The notes under the pieces are model-generated. The model searched no databases. It saw only the letters and a program-made list of their open reading frames with translations, and was not told the origin of the DNA. This document shows, piece after piece, positions 1 to 9,497 of a stretch of DNA of 64,000 bases. Numbering within the stretch: position 1 is the first letter of the stretch; each line of letters starts with the position of its first letter. Origin of the DNA: Candidatus Latescibacterota bacterium (GTDB lineage Bacteria; Latescibacterota; UBA2968; UBA8231); NCBI GenBank assembly GCA_965215195.1, contig CBDCDC010000002.1, positions 2,208,001 to 2,272,000 on the forward strand. The letters are read 5' to 3'. The position numbers and the translations under genes are program-made.

Positions 1-1
1 C

Positions 2-631
2 GAAGGAAACTCCAAGGTTCTCGGCGGCACGAATAAGCAAAAGTGGATGGAGGGCATGTTGGCATGGGAACGGCCGCACTGCGAGCCCTTTCGCGACCTG
101 CTCGTCCACGCCCAGATCCAGCCCTATCTCAACGAATTGCTCGGCGGCGGCTACCGCCTAGATCACGGTCCCTTGCTCATTGCCATGGACAAAGGCGACG
201 GCGGCCACTTGCTGCACGGCGGCGGCGTTGAGCGCCAGGATTTCTCGCAGACCTACACCTTCAAATTCGGCCAGATGTTTTGCGGCTTGACCGCGGTCGA
301 ATTCCAGCTAGCCGACGAAGGCCCCGGCGACGGCGGCCTAGCGGTCATACCCGGGTCCCACAAAGCCAATTTTCCCCTGCCCGAGAAGCTGTCCTTGTAC
401 GAAGAACACTGCGAGTACGTCAAGGAGGTTCACAGCCAAGCCGGCGACGCCATTATCTTCACCGAAGCACTGACCCACGGCACGCTGGTATGGCAGGGCG
501 AACACCAGCGCCGCTCCCTGCTCTACAAGTACAGTCCATCTTTCCAAGCCCACGCGCCCGGCTACCATCGGACGCAAGCCCCGGATTACATCCTCGACAT
601 GAGCGACGAAGAACGCGCCATGCTCAGTTAG
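2..631 (+). CDS. Phytanoyl-CoA dioxygenase (PhyH) family 2OG/Fe(II) dioxygenase, 5' end outside window
   Basis: Frame is open from base 2; motifs LHGG, GGLAVIPGSHK, GDAIIFTEALTHGT and RR typical of the PhyH family. Confidence 0.85.
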   Translation, partial: EGNSKVLGGTNKQKWMEGMLAWERPHCEPFRDLLVHAQIQPYLNELLGGGYRLDHGPLLIAMDKGDGGHLLHGGGVERQDFSQTYTFKFGQMFCGLTAVEFQLADEGPGDGGLAVIPGSHKANFPLPEKLSLYEEHCEYVKEVHSQAGDAIIFTEALTHGTLVWQGEHQRRSLLYKYSPSFQAHAPGYHRTQAPDYILDMSDEERAMLS

Positions 632-716
632 GGGCCGGTGCGCCCGAAGTGCGCGTCGTCCTCGACCGGCACGTCAGCCGCCAAGCTCACGGCTCTGCGC
701 CCGGACCTGAGTCGAG

Positions 717-1601
717 CTACTCCGGCTCCTCACCAATACTCGCCAGCCTAGCCTTTGCTTCCGCGTAGAAATCCGCGGGCAGTGGCCCCTCCAAAGCCGC
801 AGCGACATTGGACTGCATGTGCTCTAAGTTCGTCGTGCCGACAATCGTCGTGTGGCACGCTGGATGCGCGAGGGTGAAGCGCAGGACAAACTCGTGGCGA
901 CTCATCCCGCCTATGAGTCCGTCGAGACCAGACCGCTCCCACTTCGACTGGCGCTCCTCATTGGCTCGGTGTCCGAGGCTAATGCCGCCGCGAATGAGAA
1001 TGCCGGCTCCGGCGTCGGCCGCTTGCTGAATAATCCTTTCGTGCTGGCGCTCAAGGGCGGAGTAGGGAATCTGAAACGCATCAAACGCACCCGACTCCAC
1101 GAACGCGGCTAAGTGCGGCAGCGTGGAAGACACGCCGATAAAACGGGTCTTTCCCGCCCGTCGAATATCCTCAAGCACTTCGATCAGTCCTCCCAGTTCA
1201 ACCTCTTCCACAGTGGGATTGTGCATCTGTAGCAGATCTACGCAGTCGGTCTTCAGGCGGCGCAGGCTCTGGTCGATGTTGGTGTGCAGACGCTCGGCCG
1301 TCCACAGGTGGCCCGGATCCAGCCTGTTGCCCTCCTCGTCGATGTTGCAGCCACATTTGGTAGCCAAGTAGAACTCGTCGCGGCGATGGCTGAGGTACTT
1401 GCCGATCCGCTCCTCGCTCGCGCCGTAATCCGGGGCCGTATCCACGAGGTTGATCCCCGCATCGAGGGCCGCATTCAACACGCGGCCCGCCTGAGCGTCG
1501 TACTCGGCTTCGTCCGGCAGGCCGCGCTCGGCCGCTCCAAAGCCGAGTTGTGTGACTTCGAGCCCGGTGCGACCGAGGGTGCGTTTAGTCAAATTTTCCA
1601 T
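717..1601 (-). CDS. Aldo/keto reductase
   Basis: RTLGRTGLEVTQLGFG, GINLVDTAPDYG, ATK, DLLQMH; ATG at 1601 preceded by GGAGGA RBS (ORF track starts at 1670). Confidence 0.92.
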   Translation of the reverse strand: MENLTKRTLGRTGLEVTQLGFGAAERGLPDEAEYDAQAGRVLNAALDAGINLVDTAPDYGASEERIGKYLSHRRDEFYLATKCGCNIDEEGNRLDPGHLWTAERLHTNIDQSLRRLKTDCVDLLQMHNPTVEEVELGGLIEVLEDIRRAGKTRFIGVSSTLPHLAAFVESGAFDAFQIPYSALERQHERIIQQAADAGAGILIRGGISLGHRANEERQSKWERSGLDGLIGGMSRHEFVLRFTLAHPACHTTIVGTTNLEHMQSNVAAALEGPLPADFYAEAKARLASIGEEPE

Positions 1602-1716
1602 GGTTCCTCCTCGGAATGATTTGAATGTGGCGATGGCCGTCTCAAGGAGATCTGCTTGGAGACAGGCCAAGAATAATCTAAGTTATATGTCACAAGGGAG
1701 AGAGGGGAGGACCTAC

Positions 1717-2013
1717 TTGTCGCCGAGCCTCATAGAGCGCATAAGAGACAAGATTCGGGCGCACCAATACGATATGTCCGCTCACGCTATGGAGGAGATG
1801 GCCGAGGATTTACTGGATATTGTCGATGTCGAGACAGCGGTATGGAATGGACAAATCGTCCGTACGGAAAGGGACGATCCGAGAGGAACAAAGTACATCA
1901 TAGAAGGCACGGCTGTCGATCAGAAGACGCCAGTCGGTGTTGTCGGGCGTTTTACTGGAAACGACCGCTTCCTGATTATTACGGTTTACGAAGTCACCGA
2001 AATCAAGAAATAA
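1717..2013 (+). CDS. DUF4258-family putative toxin (RelE-like)
   Basis: SAHAMEEM...DDPRGTKYIIEG...LIITVYE; TTG start after GGAGG; directly upstream of a zinc-finger partner. Confidence 0.75.
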   Translation: MSPSLIERIRDKIRAHQYDMSAHAMEEMAEDLLDIVDVETAVWNGQIVRTERDDPRGTKYIIEGTAVDQKTPVGVVGRFTGNDRFLIITVYEVTEIKK

Positions 2014-2017
2014 GGCC

Positions 2018-2254
2018 ATGTACGGATACAATTGCGAATACTGCGACGGAACGGTTAAACCACGTCTTGTCGCGCATGAGGCGTTCAAGCACAAAAATAG
2101 GTTTGTGATTCTGGAAGATGTCGCGATAGGCGTCTGCGATTCGTGCGGCAATCGGTATTATTCCGCCGATATCCTTCACATAGTGCATGAAATAGCCACG
2201 GGCAAGAAAGCAGCTAAACGCAATGAGGTAATTCCAGTAGGGCATTTATTTTGA
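2018..2254 (+). CDS. YgiT/MqsA-type zinc finger protein (putative antitoxin)
   Basis: CEYC...VCDSCGNRYY in a 78-aa protein; usual partner of DUF4258. Confidence 0.8.
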   Translation: MYGYNCEYCDGTVKPRLVAHEAFKHKNRFVILEDVAIGVCDSCGNRYYSADILHIVHEIATGKKAAKRNEVIPVGHLF

Positions 2255-2332
2255 TCCGCAGTAAGGGGTCGGTGCCCGCATACTTCGCTGTCCTTGAATT
2301 TTAGCCGCCCGAAGTCGGAACGATCTGGGGCA

Positions 2333-4291
2333 TCAGGACCGGCCAAGATCCCGCTCCCGCACCATTTCGTGTCCCTCAAACAAATCCCGCGCCACCGTCC
2401 CCTGCGCTTGGCGAGGCGGCTCGGCCCCCAGCATCTGGCAGAAGGTGGGCACTACATCGGCCGCGTGGATGTACCCCAACTTCTCCACCGGCCGCTCGTA
2501 TCCCCGCTTCACGCCCGGCCCGGCCAGCAACCACGAACCAAAGCTGGACGAGACCTCACTTTGGGTCGGCAGAAAGCCCCCGTGGTGCGCTCCGTACACA
2601 TTGGGTGCTCCAACACAGCCGCCGCCGGCAATGCCGCGCCACTGCCCGTAGTACCCGCTGACGTACCCGTGATCCCAAGCAAAGACCACATCGCCGCACT
2701 GGTCGCCCCACTGGCCGAGGAGGTACGCGTCGCGCCGCGGCAGGGCCACGGCCACTGGATTGCGCCCCACTTCTCGGTCGACCCACGTGCGCAGGGCCAA
2801 CAGCAACTCGGCCTCAATGCGGTCGAATTCCGCTCCCGGCTCGGCGTTGATGAAAATGTCGAATCCCTTGTCGTCCTTCATGTAGGCCCGGGTGCGCTCC
2901 CAGTCGATGTCCTCCTCGCGCACCTGATCGCGCACCAGTGCCTCTTCCTCGCCCTTGAGCACCAGAAAGCCTTGCTCGTGCAAGAACTGGCGGATATTGG
3001 CCACCCGCACATCGGGCGAGCACCCGTGGTCGGACACCACGCCCACGTATGTATGCTCATCCGCGTCTTCCCACAGCCGCCCCAAAATGCGGTCCCCCAC
3101 CTGATAGGCCCGCCGAAAGTAGTCCCAGTACTGTTCGGCGCGCTCGGCTGCGTACCCCGGGCACACAGGATCCACGTCCCCGAGGTGGATGTGGTTGAGA
3201 TAGTCGTACAGATGCCAGTGGCAAATAAAAAAGGAACAGCCTCGCTCCCGCAGCATGTAGCGTGCGACCTCGGCAAACCACATCCCCTGGTACTCGCATT
3301 CCTCCAAGGCCGTGTCAAAGTCGGCCATCCCTGCGGTATAGGGCAACATGGAGGCGTGTTCCTGATACGGGCCAAAGCGCTCCACTAACGCTCCGGCCAA
3401 CTCGTCGGGCAGGGTAAAGCCACCGGTATAGGTCACCTGAGTGCGGTAGAGCTTGAGCCGGCTGCCGTCCGCGGCCAGTTCCATCAGCTTGAAGCGCAGC
3501 GCAGCCGTCCGCTGACCGCCGTCGATGGCAAAATCCTCCACCGCCCACTCGCTCCATTCCCCCACCCCAGCAGCAGCCACGCAACGGGCCCCGTCCCGGT
3601 CGCGGCACACCAGCACCCGGTCGTAGCCCCGCCCCGAGCGGTCCACCGTTAGCAGATGGAACCCAGTGCGATCCCCACCCAACCGAGCTACTACCTCAAT
3701 GCGGCTCTCCAGCGGCGGGGCCTTGCTTGCGGGCAAGTTTCGCCACCCTTGGGCCGGGGTTAGCAGCGGAATCGGCTCGACGCTGCGCTGCGCTTGCCGC
3801 ACGGCCGTGCCATCGTGGTCCATGGCGATGGCCTCCTCTAGCGCGGCATCCGTGGTATAGGCCTGACAGGTGGCCACTTCAAAATCCGTACTGCGGTGCC
3901 CGGGGTGGCCAAAGCCATCAACCACAAAGCCGGTCTCCACCCCAGAGGGATGGGCCGCTGGATAGTGCATGGCCACGCTCTGCAGGCCTGCCCGCTCCAA
4001 GGCGTTCCAGATGCGCTCGGCATTGTTGGCCCGCCCGTCGAAGCTGTCGATCCGCTGGCCCGGCGCGATCTCCACCCGCCAGCGCGTCACTCCGTGCGTA
4101 CCCGTGTGCGCCCCGGTCGAAAGGGTGGCCCAGTTGGTCGGGGTCCACACTGGGAAAGAGGGCAGCGTCTGGTTGACCGCGCCCTCGCGCAGCAAGCGCT
4201 CGAAGTGGAGCAAAGCCCCTTCCGCGGCGAACCGCTTCATCATCGGGACGATAAAACCGTCCATGCCAAAGGCGTAAACTTTGCGCTCCAT
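2333..4291 (-). CDS. Alkaline phosphatase superfamily, type I phosphodiesterase/nucleotide pyrophosphatase-like
   Basis: FGMDG, PVWTPTNWATLSTG (Thr nucleophile), DYLNH, VVSDHG, HHG, DVVPT. Confidence 0.85.
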   Translation of the reverse strand: MERKVYAFGMDGFIVPMMKRFAAEGALLHFERLLREGAVNQTLPSFPVWTPTNWATLSTGAHTGTHGVTRWRVEIAPGQRIDSFDGRANNAERIWNALERAGLQSVAMHYPAAHPSGVETGFVVDGFGHPGHRSTDFEVATCQAYTTDAALEEAIAMDHDGTAVRQAQRSVEPIPLLTPAQGWRNLPASKAPPLESRIEVVARLGGDRTGFHLLTVDRSGRGYDRVLVCRDRDGARCVAAAGVGEWSEWAVEDFAIDGGQRTAALRFKLMELAADGSRLKLYRTQVTYTGGFTLPDELAGALVERFGPYQEHASMLPYTAGMADFDTALEECEYQGMWFAEVARYMLRERGCSFFICHWHLYDYLNHIHLGDVDPVCPGYAAERAEQYWDYFRRAYQVGDRILGRLWEDADEHTYVGVVSDHGCSPDVRVANIRQFLHEQGFLVLKGEEEALVRDQVREEDIDWERTRAYMKDDKGFDIFINAEPGAEFDRIEAELLLALRTWVDREVGRNPVAVALPRRDAYLLGQWGDQCGDVVFAWDHGYVSGYYGQWRGIAGGGCVGAPNVYGAHHGGFLPTQSEVSSSFGSWLLAGPGVKRGYERPVEKLGYIHAADVVPTFCQMLGAEPPRQAQGTVARDLFEGHEMVRERDLGRS

Positions 4292-4353
4292 AGGTCCTCA
4301 TTTAGTCGGTGGTTAGTGGCCAATAGTTAGCGGCTTTTTCTCGGAGACAGCAA

Positions 4354-5391
4354 CTACCGCCGCCGCAGCAATACCGTCACTTCGAGGCGGTTGTGGAACA
4401 AGTGCTTGACCCGTTCAATTTCGTAGGCCGGTGCGAGGGCCGCGGCTGTGCGGGCCAGCAGCCGGTGCGGGCGACGCACCACTAGTTTCACCGTAAGCAC
4501 GGCCCGGCAGCCCGCTTTGAGCCACGGGGCCATAGCCACCATCAATTTGGCCGACTCCTCGGGCTCGACGTTCATATCGTCGACCAACAAATCGAATTCG
4601 CCCGCTCCTTGGTACTCCTCGGCCTTGCTCTGCACGTAGGTCACCCCGGGCAGGGCCGCCACGGCCGGGGCCAAGGGGGCCGGATCAATGGCTACGACCT
4701 CCATGCCCCTATCCACCAGCACCTTGGTCCAGCCGCCAGGAGCTGCGCCCAGATCCAAGGCGCGTCCCCCGGCCACCTCGAGGCGGAATTTGCGCAGGGC
4801 CTCCACAAGCTTGAACTCGGCGCGGCTGACTGTGCGGGCGTGGCGCGAGAAAATGCGGTATTCGTCGCAGTGCTCGTTGAGGTTGTCGCCCGCTGGCGAA
4901 CAGCCCACATAGCCCCACCGGCCCAAGAGAAACACCGAAACTACTTGCTGTCGCTCGTCGATTGCCGCGGTCCAGTCGGAGAAGCGCGGCACCCCGCCCA
5001 AGGCCTCCAAGCGCGTGCCGATCCATACTTCGACGTCCTTGGCCCGGTAGTCGGTGTTCGGGCCGATCCGCCGGCATTGGACGGAAAAGGGATCGCCCGC
5101 GCCTAGGGGATCCAGCTCCAATACCGCGGCCTCCAAGATCGCCAGATCCCGGTCCATCACCTCGGTCAGTTCCACTTCCGCCTGCACCGGCATAATGTGC
5201 TTGACAAAGACGGGATCGGCCTCCACGACAGCGGCGATGAAATCTGCGGCCGCGCGCTCTGTCTCGACGAGGAACACCCCATCTTTGAACAGACACCTGC
5301 GGCGCAGGCGAGGATCGATTTCGACCAACTCGGCCCAAGCGGTCTTGTGCAGTTTTGGCGCGGCCGTGGCAATGAATCGAGCCGCCATCAA
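4354..5391 (-). CDS. THUMP + FtsJ-type 2'-O-ribose RNA methyltransferase (RlmM-like)
   Basis: SRAEFKLVEA, ALDLGAAPGGWT, LVDDM, LTVK, HNRLEVT (K-D-K-E tetrad); N-terminal THUMP-like FSVQCRR. Confidence 0.85.
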   Translation of the reverse strand: MMAARFIATAAPKLHKTAWAELVEIDPRLRRRCLFKDGVFLVETERAAADFIAAVVEADPVFVKHIMPVQAEVELTEVMDRDLAILEAAVLELDPLGAGDPFSVQCRRIGPNTDYRAKDVEVWIGTRLEALGGVPRFSDWTAAIDERQQVVSVFLLGRWGYVGCSPAGDNLNEHCDEYRIFSRHARTVSRAEFKLVEALRKFRLEVAGGRALDLGAAPGGWTKVLVDRGMEVVAIDPAPLAPAVAALPGVTYVQSKAEEYQGAGEFDLLVDDMNVEPEESAKLMVAMAPWLKAGCRAVLTVKLVVRRPHRLLARTAAALAPAYEIERVKHLFHNRLEVTVLLRRR

Positions 5392-5495
5392 AGCTCCCTT
5401 TAGCTGCTAAAGAATGCGTGGAATTTGTTACAGTATCATTCGCTAAGGCGGCAACTGCGTGCGTCCTACCATCCAGTGCGAATGCGCCCCCAGGA

Positions 5496-5511
5496 GGTGT
5501 CGTGTACTTAG
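5496..5511. repeat. Solo copy of the terminal inverted repeat GGTGTCGTGTACTTAG of the MITE-like element
   Basis: 16-bp exact reverse complement of 54444-54459; no partner end seen nearby. Confidence 0.6.
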
Positions 5512-5655
5512 CGTTTACTTTATCGAGTGTCAACGGGCTGCGGCATCCCAACGCGCCATCTACTGGCCAGCTCGAGCAGCCTTTTGTTGACCGGTAGCGG
5601 CGGATTTGGCTACGTTTGCCCATTCGCCACACTACTCCATGCTCTAACCCACCCC

Positions 5656-7602
5656 ATGCCCCCAGCCCCCCAGCCCCCCCCCGCAATTCGCCTGCCGGCG
5701 ATGCTGACTGGCTTGGTGCTCTGCGCCCTGATCGCCGTCGGCCTGCCCTATGGGGAATTCGTCATCAAGGGCACTCGGCTGGGCTTGAGTTCATCGACGC
5801 CGGCCGCCTTTTTCTTGCTCTTCTCGCTGCTCGCGTTGGTGCAACCGCTGCTGAGGCTAGGGCAGCGGCAGTGGGCCTTCAACCGCGCCGAGCTGCTGCT
5901 GATTACCGCGATGATGATGCTGGCAACGGCGATCCCGTCGCGGGGCTTTACCGGTGCCACAATCCCCGCCATTTCGAGTGTGCTCTACTACGCGACCCCA
6001 GAAAATAGCTGGGCCGAGCTGCTAGTGCCCCACATCCCCACTTGGATGATCGTCCAAGACGAGGTGGCGATCAAGCAGTTTTACGAGGGGCTACCCCGCG
6101 GCGAATCCATCCCCTATGGCGCTTGGGTCGAGCCGCTTTTCTGGTGGTTGCTCTTTATGGCCGCCTTCTACCTCGTGCTCATCTGCGCGATGGTGATTAT
6201 GCGGCGGCAGTGGATGGACCACGAGCGGTTGCTCTACCCGCTGGTGCAAGTGCCGTTGAGGATGATTGAGGACGGCCCGCAACCAGCGCGCCTAAAGCCC
6301 TTTTTGCGCAATCCAATAATGTGGGCTGGCTTTGCAGTACCGGCGATCCTCAATACGATCAACTCCTTTAGCCACTACTACGAATTCGCGCCGCGCGTCG
6401 ATCTCAACCTGCCGCTCGCTTTGGGGCACGACGCGGTCGTCTTGCGCGTCCGGCTCAACTACCTGATGATGGGCTTGGCCTATTTTATTAATACGGGAAT
6501 TTCCGGCAGTTTGTGGTTCTTCTATCTGGTAGCCAAAGCCCAAGAATGGGCCTGCTCGACCCTCGGCATCTTCACCACCGAAGAGCTCGACGCTTACAGC
6601 CACGCCGGCCCCACCACGGGCATGTTGAGCCATCAGAGCATGGGCGCGATGATTGCGCTGGTCGTCTTGGGGCTGTGGACGGCGCGCGGGCATCTAAGGG
6701 CCGTGTGGCAGCAAGCCCGAGCCGGCCGCAGCGCAGCCGGGGAGTTGCTGTCCTATCGGACGGCCTTGGTGGGCTTGGCCGTAGGCTCAGCCGTCATGGG
6801 CTTGTGGCTGTGGCAGACGGGATTGCCTTGGTGGGCGGTGGTGCTTTTCCTCGGCGCGGCATTTGCCATCTTCCTCGCCCTCACGCGCGTGATTGTCGAA
6901 GCCGGGCTCTCGTCGGCCGTGGAGGGGCTTTCGGGCGCGGGCTTTGTGGTCTCGGGCGTCGGCTCAACCGCGCTGGGGGCGACCGGGATGATGGCGCTGG
7001 GCTTTACGCTCGCTTGGGCGGGCGACCTGCTGGTCTTTATGATGGCCCCCTGCGCCAACGGCATCCGCATGTTGCACGGCCTAAAGGTAGAGCGCCGGCG
7101 CGTCTTGGCGATGCTAACGGCGGCCTTGGCCATCGGCCTTTTGGGCTCGATCTATGCGACCCTGAACCTGGGCTACCAGTACGGGGCGCTCAACCTGCAC
7201 CGCCAGTATTTCTCCGGACTTTTTGCCTTGGAGCCGTTTCGCTTTGCCGCCCGCTTCATTGAGACGCCGACCGGACCCTATTGGCTGGGGTGGCTCTGGA
7301 ACGGGGTGGGAGCCGCGGTCATGGCGCTCTTGCTGTGGGCGCGCCACCACTTGTTGTGGTGGCCCCTGCATCCCATAGGCTACGTGGCCAGCGGCACTTG
7401 GATTCTCGGCAATATATGGTTCAGCATCTTTCTCGCTTGGCTGATTAAGTCCGTCGTTTTGAAGTACATGGGGCCGAGCGGCTACCGCTCGACGCGCTGG
7501 TTCTTTTTGGGAGTGATCCTCGGGCAATTCGCTTCGGGCGGGGCTTGGTTGGTCGTGGATGGCTTCACCGGCATGACGGGCAACGTGATCCGCATGTACT
7601 GA
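5656..7602 (+). CDS. Polytopic membrane protein, DUF6785/DUF6784-like putative transporter
   Basis: About 650 aa with many TM segments; RRQWMDHERLLYPL, WWPLHPIGY and FFLGVILG motifs typical of this family; ATG 5656 preferred to GTG 5527. Confidence 0.7.
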   Translation: MPPAPQPPPAIRLPAMLTGLVLCALIAVGLPYGEFVIKGTRLGLSSSTPAAFFLLFSLLALVQPLLRLGQRQWAFNRAELLLITAMMMLATAIPSRGFTGATIPAISSVLYYATPENSWAELLVPHIPTWMIVQDEVAIKQFYEGLPRGESIPYGAWVEPLFWWLLFMAAFYLVLICAMVIMRRQWMDHERLLYPLVQVPLRMIEDGPQPARLKPFLRNPIMWAGFAVPAILNTINSFSHYYEFAPRVDLNLPLALGHDAVVLRVRLNYLMMGLAYFINTGISGSLWFFYLVAKAQEWACSTLGIFTTEELDAYSHAGPTTGMLSHQSMGAMIALVVLGLWTARGHLRAVWQQARAGRSAAGELLSYRTALVGLAVGSAVMGLWLWQTGLPWWAVVLFLGAAFAIFLALTRVIVEAGLSSAVEGLSGAGFVVSGVGSTALGATGMMALGFTLAWAGDLLVFMMAPCANGIRMLHGLKVERRRVLAMLTAALAIGLLGSIYATLNLGYQYGALNLHRQYFSGLFALEPFRFAARFIETPTGPYWLGWLWNGVGAAVMALLLWARHHLLWWPLHPIGYVASGTWILGNIWFSIFLAWLIKSVVLKYMGPSGYRSTRWFFLGVILGQFASGGAWLVVDGFTGMTGNVIRMY

Positions 7603-7647
7603 CCCTGAATGCGTCATTCGCAGGGACGACCCTGTTGTTTGGACTGC

Positions 7648-7693
7648 TTGACAGGTAAAGTGCCTATAGATTATAGCTATTTTTATAGCTATT
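7648..7693 (+). promoter_or_regulatory. Sigma70-like promoter with tandem palindromic operator for the TA operon
   Basis: TTGACA at 7648-7653; TTATAGCTATT repeated at 7671-7681 and 7683-7693 (palindromic core ATAGCTAT). Confidence 0.55.
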
Positions 7694-7722
7694 CTGTTGA
7701 ACTCAATGTCGGAGATCGAGAT

Positions 7723-7953
7723 ATGAGAACAGTCCAAATGACCCTCGACGAGGAACTGATTGAGGCGGTTGATAAGGTCGTAAAAAAAACAGGTACAACG
7801 CGATCGGCTTTTGCGCGGGAGGCTCTATACGCAGCTCTCAGGCATGAAGAAAAAAAAGAAAAGGAGCAAAAACACCGGGAGGGATATGCCCGCAAGCCGG
7901 TTCAATCAGGCGAATTTAGCCAGTGGGAAGACGAGCAAGTGTGGGCTGAGTGA
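7723..7953 (+). CDS. CopG/ribbon-helix-helix antitoxin
   Basis: MRTVQMTLDEELIEAVD...TRSAFAREAL; overlaps the toxin start (GTGA). Confidence 0.88.
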   Translation: MRTVQMTLDEELIEAVDKVVKKTGTTRSAFAREALYAALRHEEKKEKEQKHREGYARKPVQSGEFSQWEDEQVWAE

Positions 7954-8270
7954 TGCGGCGTGGTGAGGTTCGTTGGTACCGATTCGCCCAGCCGGACAAA
8001 AAGAGACCCGTCGTTATTCTCACTAGGGATTCGGCGATTAAATATCTGGGCGAAATCACCGTAGCGCCGGTGACGTCGACCATTCGGGACATTCCCTCAG
8101 AAGTGCTGCTGTCTCAACGAGATGGAATGCCCAAAGCGTGTGCGATCAACCTCGATCACGTCCAGACCGTGTCCAAGGGTAAAATAGGTCCCTTGATTGC
8201 ATCTCTCTCACTGGCGAAGCTGGAGGAATTGCGCGGGGCGCTGCTTTTCGCATTGGGATTTGACGGCTAG
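7950..8270 (+). CDS. mazF: PemK/MazF family endoribonuclease toxin
   Basis: RRGEVRW...[10 protein letters not shown]...VAPVTSTIR...NLDHVQTV. Confidence 0.9.
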   Translation: MMRRGEVRWYRFAQPDKKRPVVILTRDSAIKYLGEITVAPVTSTIRDIPSEVLLSQRDGMPKACAINLDHVQTVSKGKIGPLIASLSLAKLEELRGALLFALGFDG

Positions 8271-8277
8271 TTCTACG

Positions 8278-8532
8278 ATGTCGTCGAACCAGTCGGGCGA
8301 AGGGGAGATACGCAAGCGCCTCATTGAGGCGGACTTGGCGGACTGCATGGTGGCGCTGCCGGGCCAGCTCTTCTACTCGACCCAGATCCCCGTCTGCCTG
8401 TGGTTCCTCGCCCGGAACCGGCGCACCGCGCAATGGCGCGAGCAGCAGGCCGCGGCCCGCAGGTTGGACGCGGCGATTGCGAATAATTTGAAGAGCTTGG
8501 GGTTTCTTGCGAACACGGAGGACATACCATGA
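8278..8532 (+). pseudogene. hsdM: Type I R-M methyltransferase remnant, 5'-truncated and internally deleted
   Basis: [13 protein letters not shown]...[24 protein letters not shown] joined directly to the HsdM C-terminal helix QWREQQ...[14 protein letters not shown]. Confidence 0.85.
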
Positions 8533-8603
8533 TTCCGATAGTTGCCGAGCACGGCGCTGAACTGGAGGTGCTCTGCCAACGCTACAGCGTGGCGCGACTT
8601 GAA
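8529..8603 (+). pseudogene. N-terminal stub of a minimal nucleotidyltransferase (MNT) antitoxin
   Basis: [25 protein letters not shown] resembles MNT N-termini and stops before the FGS motif. Confidence 0.55.
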
Positions 8604-8626
8604 CGGGATGAAACCTATGAGGAAAT

Positions 8627-8911
8627 ATGGTTCGGCCAACTGAGGTAGAACCGAGAGCGGGATACCGCATCTGGCTCCGGTATTCGGACGGCGCGGCTGG
8701 GGAGATTGATCTGTCCCACTTGGCAGGGCAGGGCGTGTTTGCAGCTTGGAACGAGCCGGACTATTTCAAGAAGCTGCATATCGCTCCCCACAGAGCGATC
8801 ACTTGGGACGACGAGCTTGAGCTTTGTCCGGATGCGCTCTATATGGAACTTACTAGCAAATCGTTCGACGAATTGCCGGCCGACATTGACGTGATGGTCC
8901 CTGATGCCTGA
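8627..8911 (+). CDS. DUF2442-domain protein
   Basis: [10 protein letters not shown]...IDLS...GVF...[15 protein letters not shown]. Confidence 0.85.
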   Translation: MVRPTEVEPRAGYRIWLRYSDGAAGEIDLSHLAGQGVFAAWNEPDYFKKLHIAPHRAITWDDELELCPDALYMELTSKSFDELPADIDVMVPDA

Positions 8912-9122
8912 ACGCTGCCGCTTCTACTACATCGTCATTCGCATGAGTGGCTATGAAGCATTGGTCGCGATTGACAACTTCACCGAAAGGCGAGGTCGCC
9001 TCCCTGCACGGGCGAGGAGGCTCGTAATCGAATGGGCATCGCTCCATCAAGCGGAACTAAGAGAAGCTTGGGACCGTGCTAGGAACTTGGCGCCACCGGG
9101 CAGGATCGCCCCGTTGGAGTAA
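8904..9122 (+). pseudogene. DUF4160-domain protein with internal deletion
   Basis: MPE.CRFY.IVIRM...GRLPARARRLVIEWASLHQAEL...IAPLE, but lacking the conserved DHxPPHFH segment. Confidence 0.7.
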
Positions 9123-9128
9123 AGTCTT

Positions 9129-9367
9129 ATGAACAGCGACTGGCGCGAGATTCCGGTGTCTGAGGTTGCTAATAGTTTGAGGCACTACCGACACTGGAAC
9201 CGCTGGCAGAAGTAATTTGCGCCTATGACAAACTTGCGCTAAATTTTAATGAACAGATATAGCTGAATACCGACGAAAACCGCACCCTCGATGCCCTGCG
9301 TGATACATCGCTGCCAAAGCTGCTATCGGGCGAACTGAAGGTGGACAATGTGAGAGTGCCTACTTAA
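9129..9367 (+). pseudogene. hsdS: Type I R-M specificity subunit remnant (both ends only)
   Basis: N-terminus MNSDWREIPVSEVA and C-terminus ENRTLDALRDTSLPKLLSGELKV separated by stops and a large deletion. Confidence 0.8.
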
Positions 9368-9497
9368 AACCTGTAGGTCATATCAGGTCAACTAGATTGA
9401 CATAGCACTAGCATTTTTCTTTGCGCCATACAAGGTGAAGGTGCTACTAAAGTAGCATTGAACAGATTGAGCAACACTTACTAGCAAGAGGTGGGAA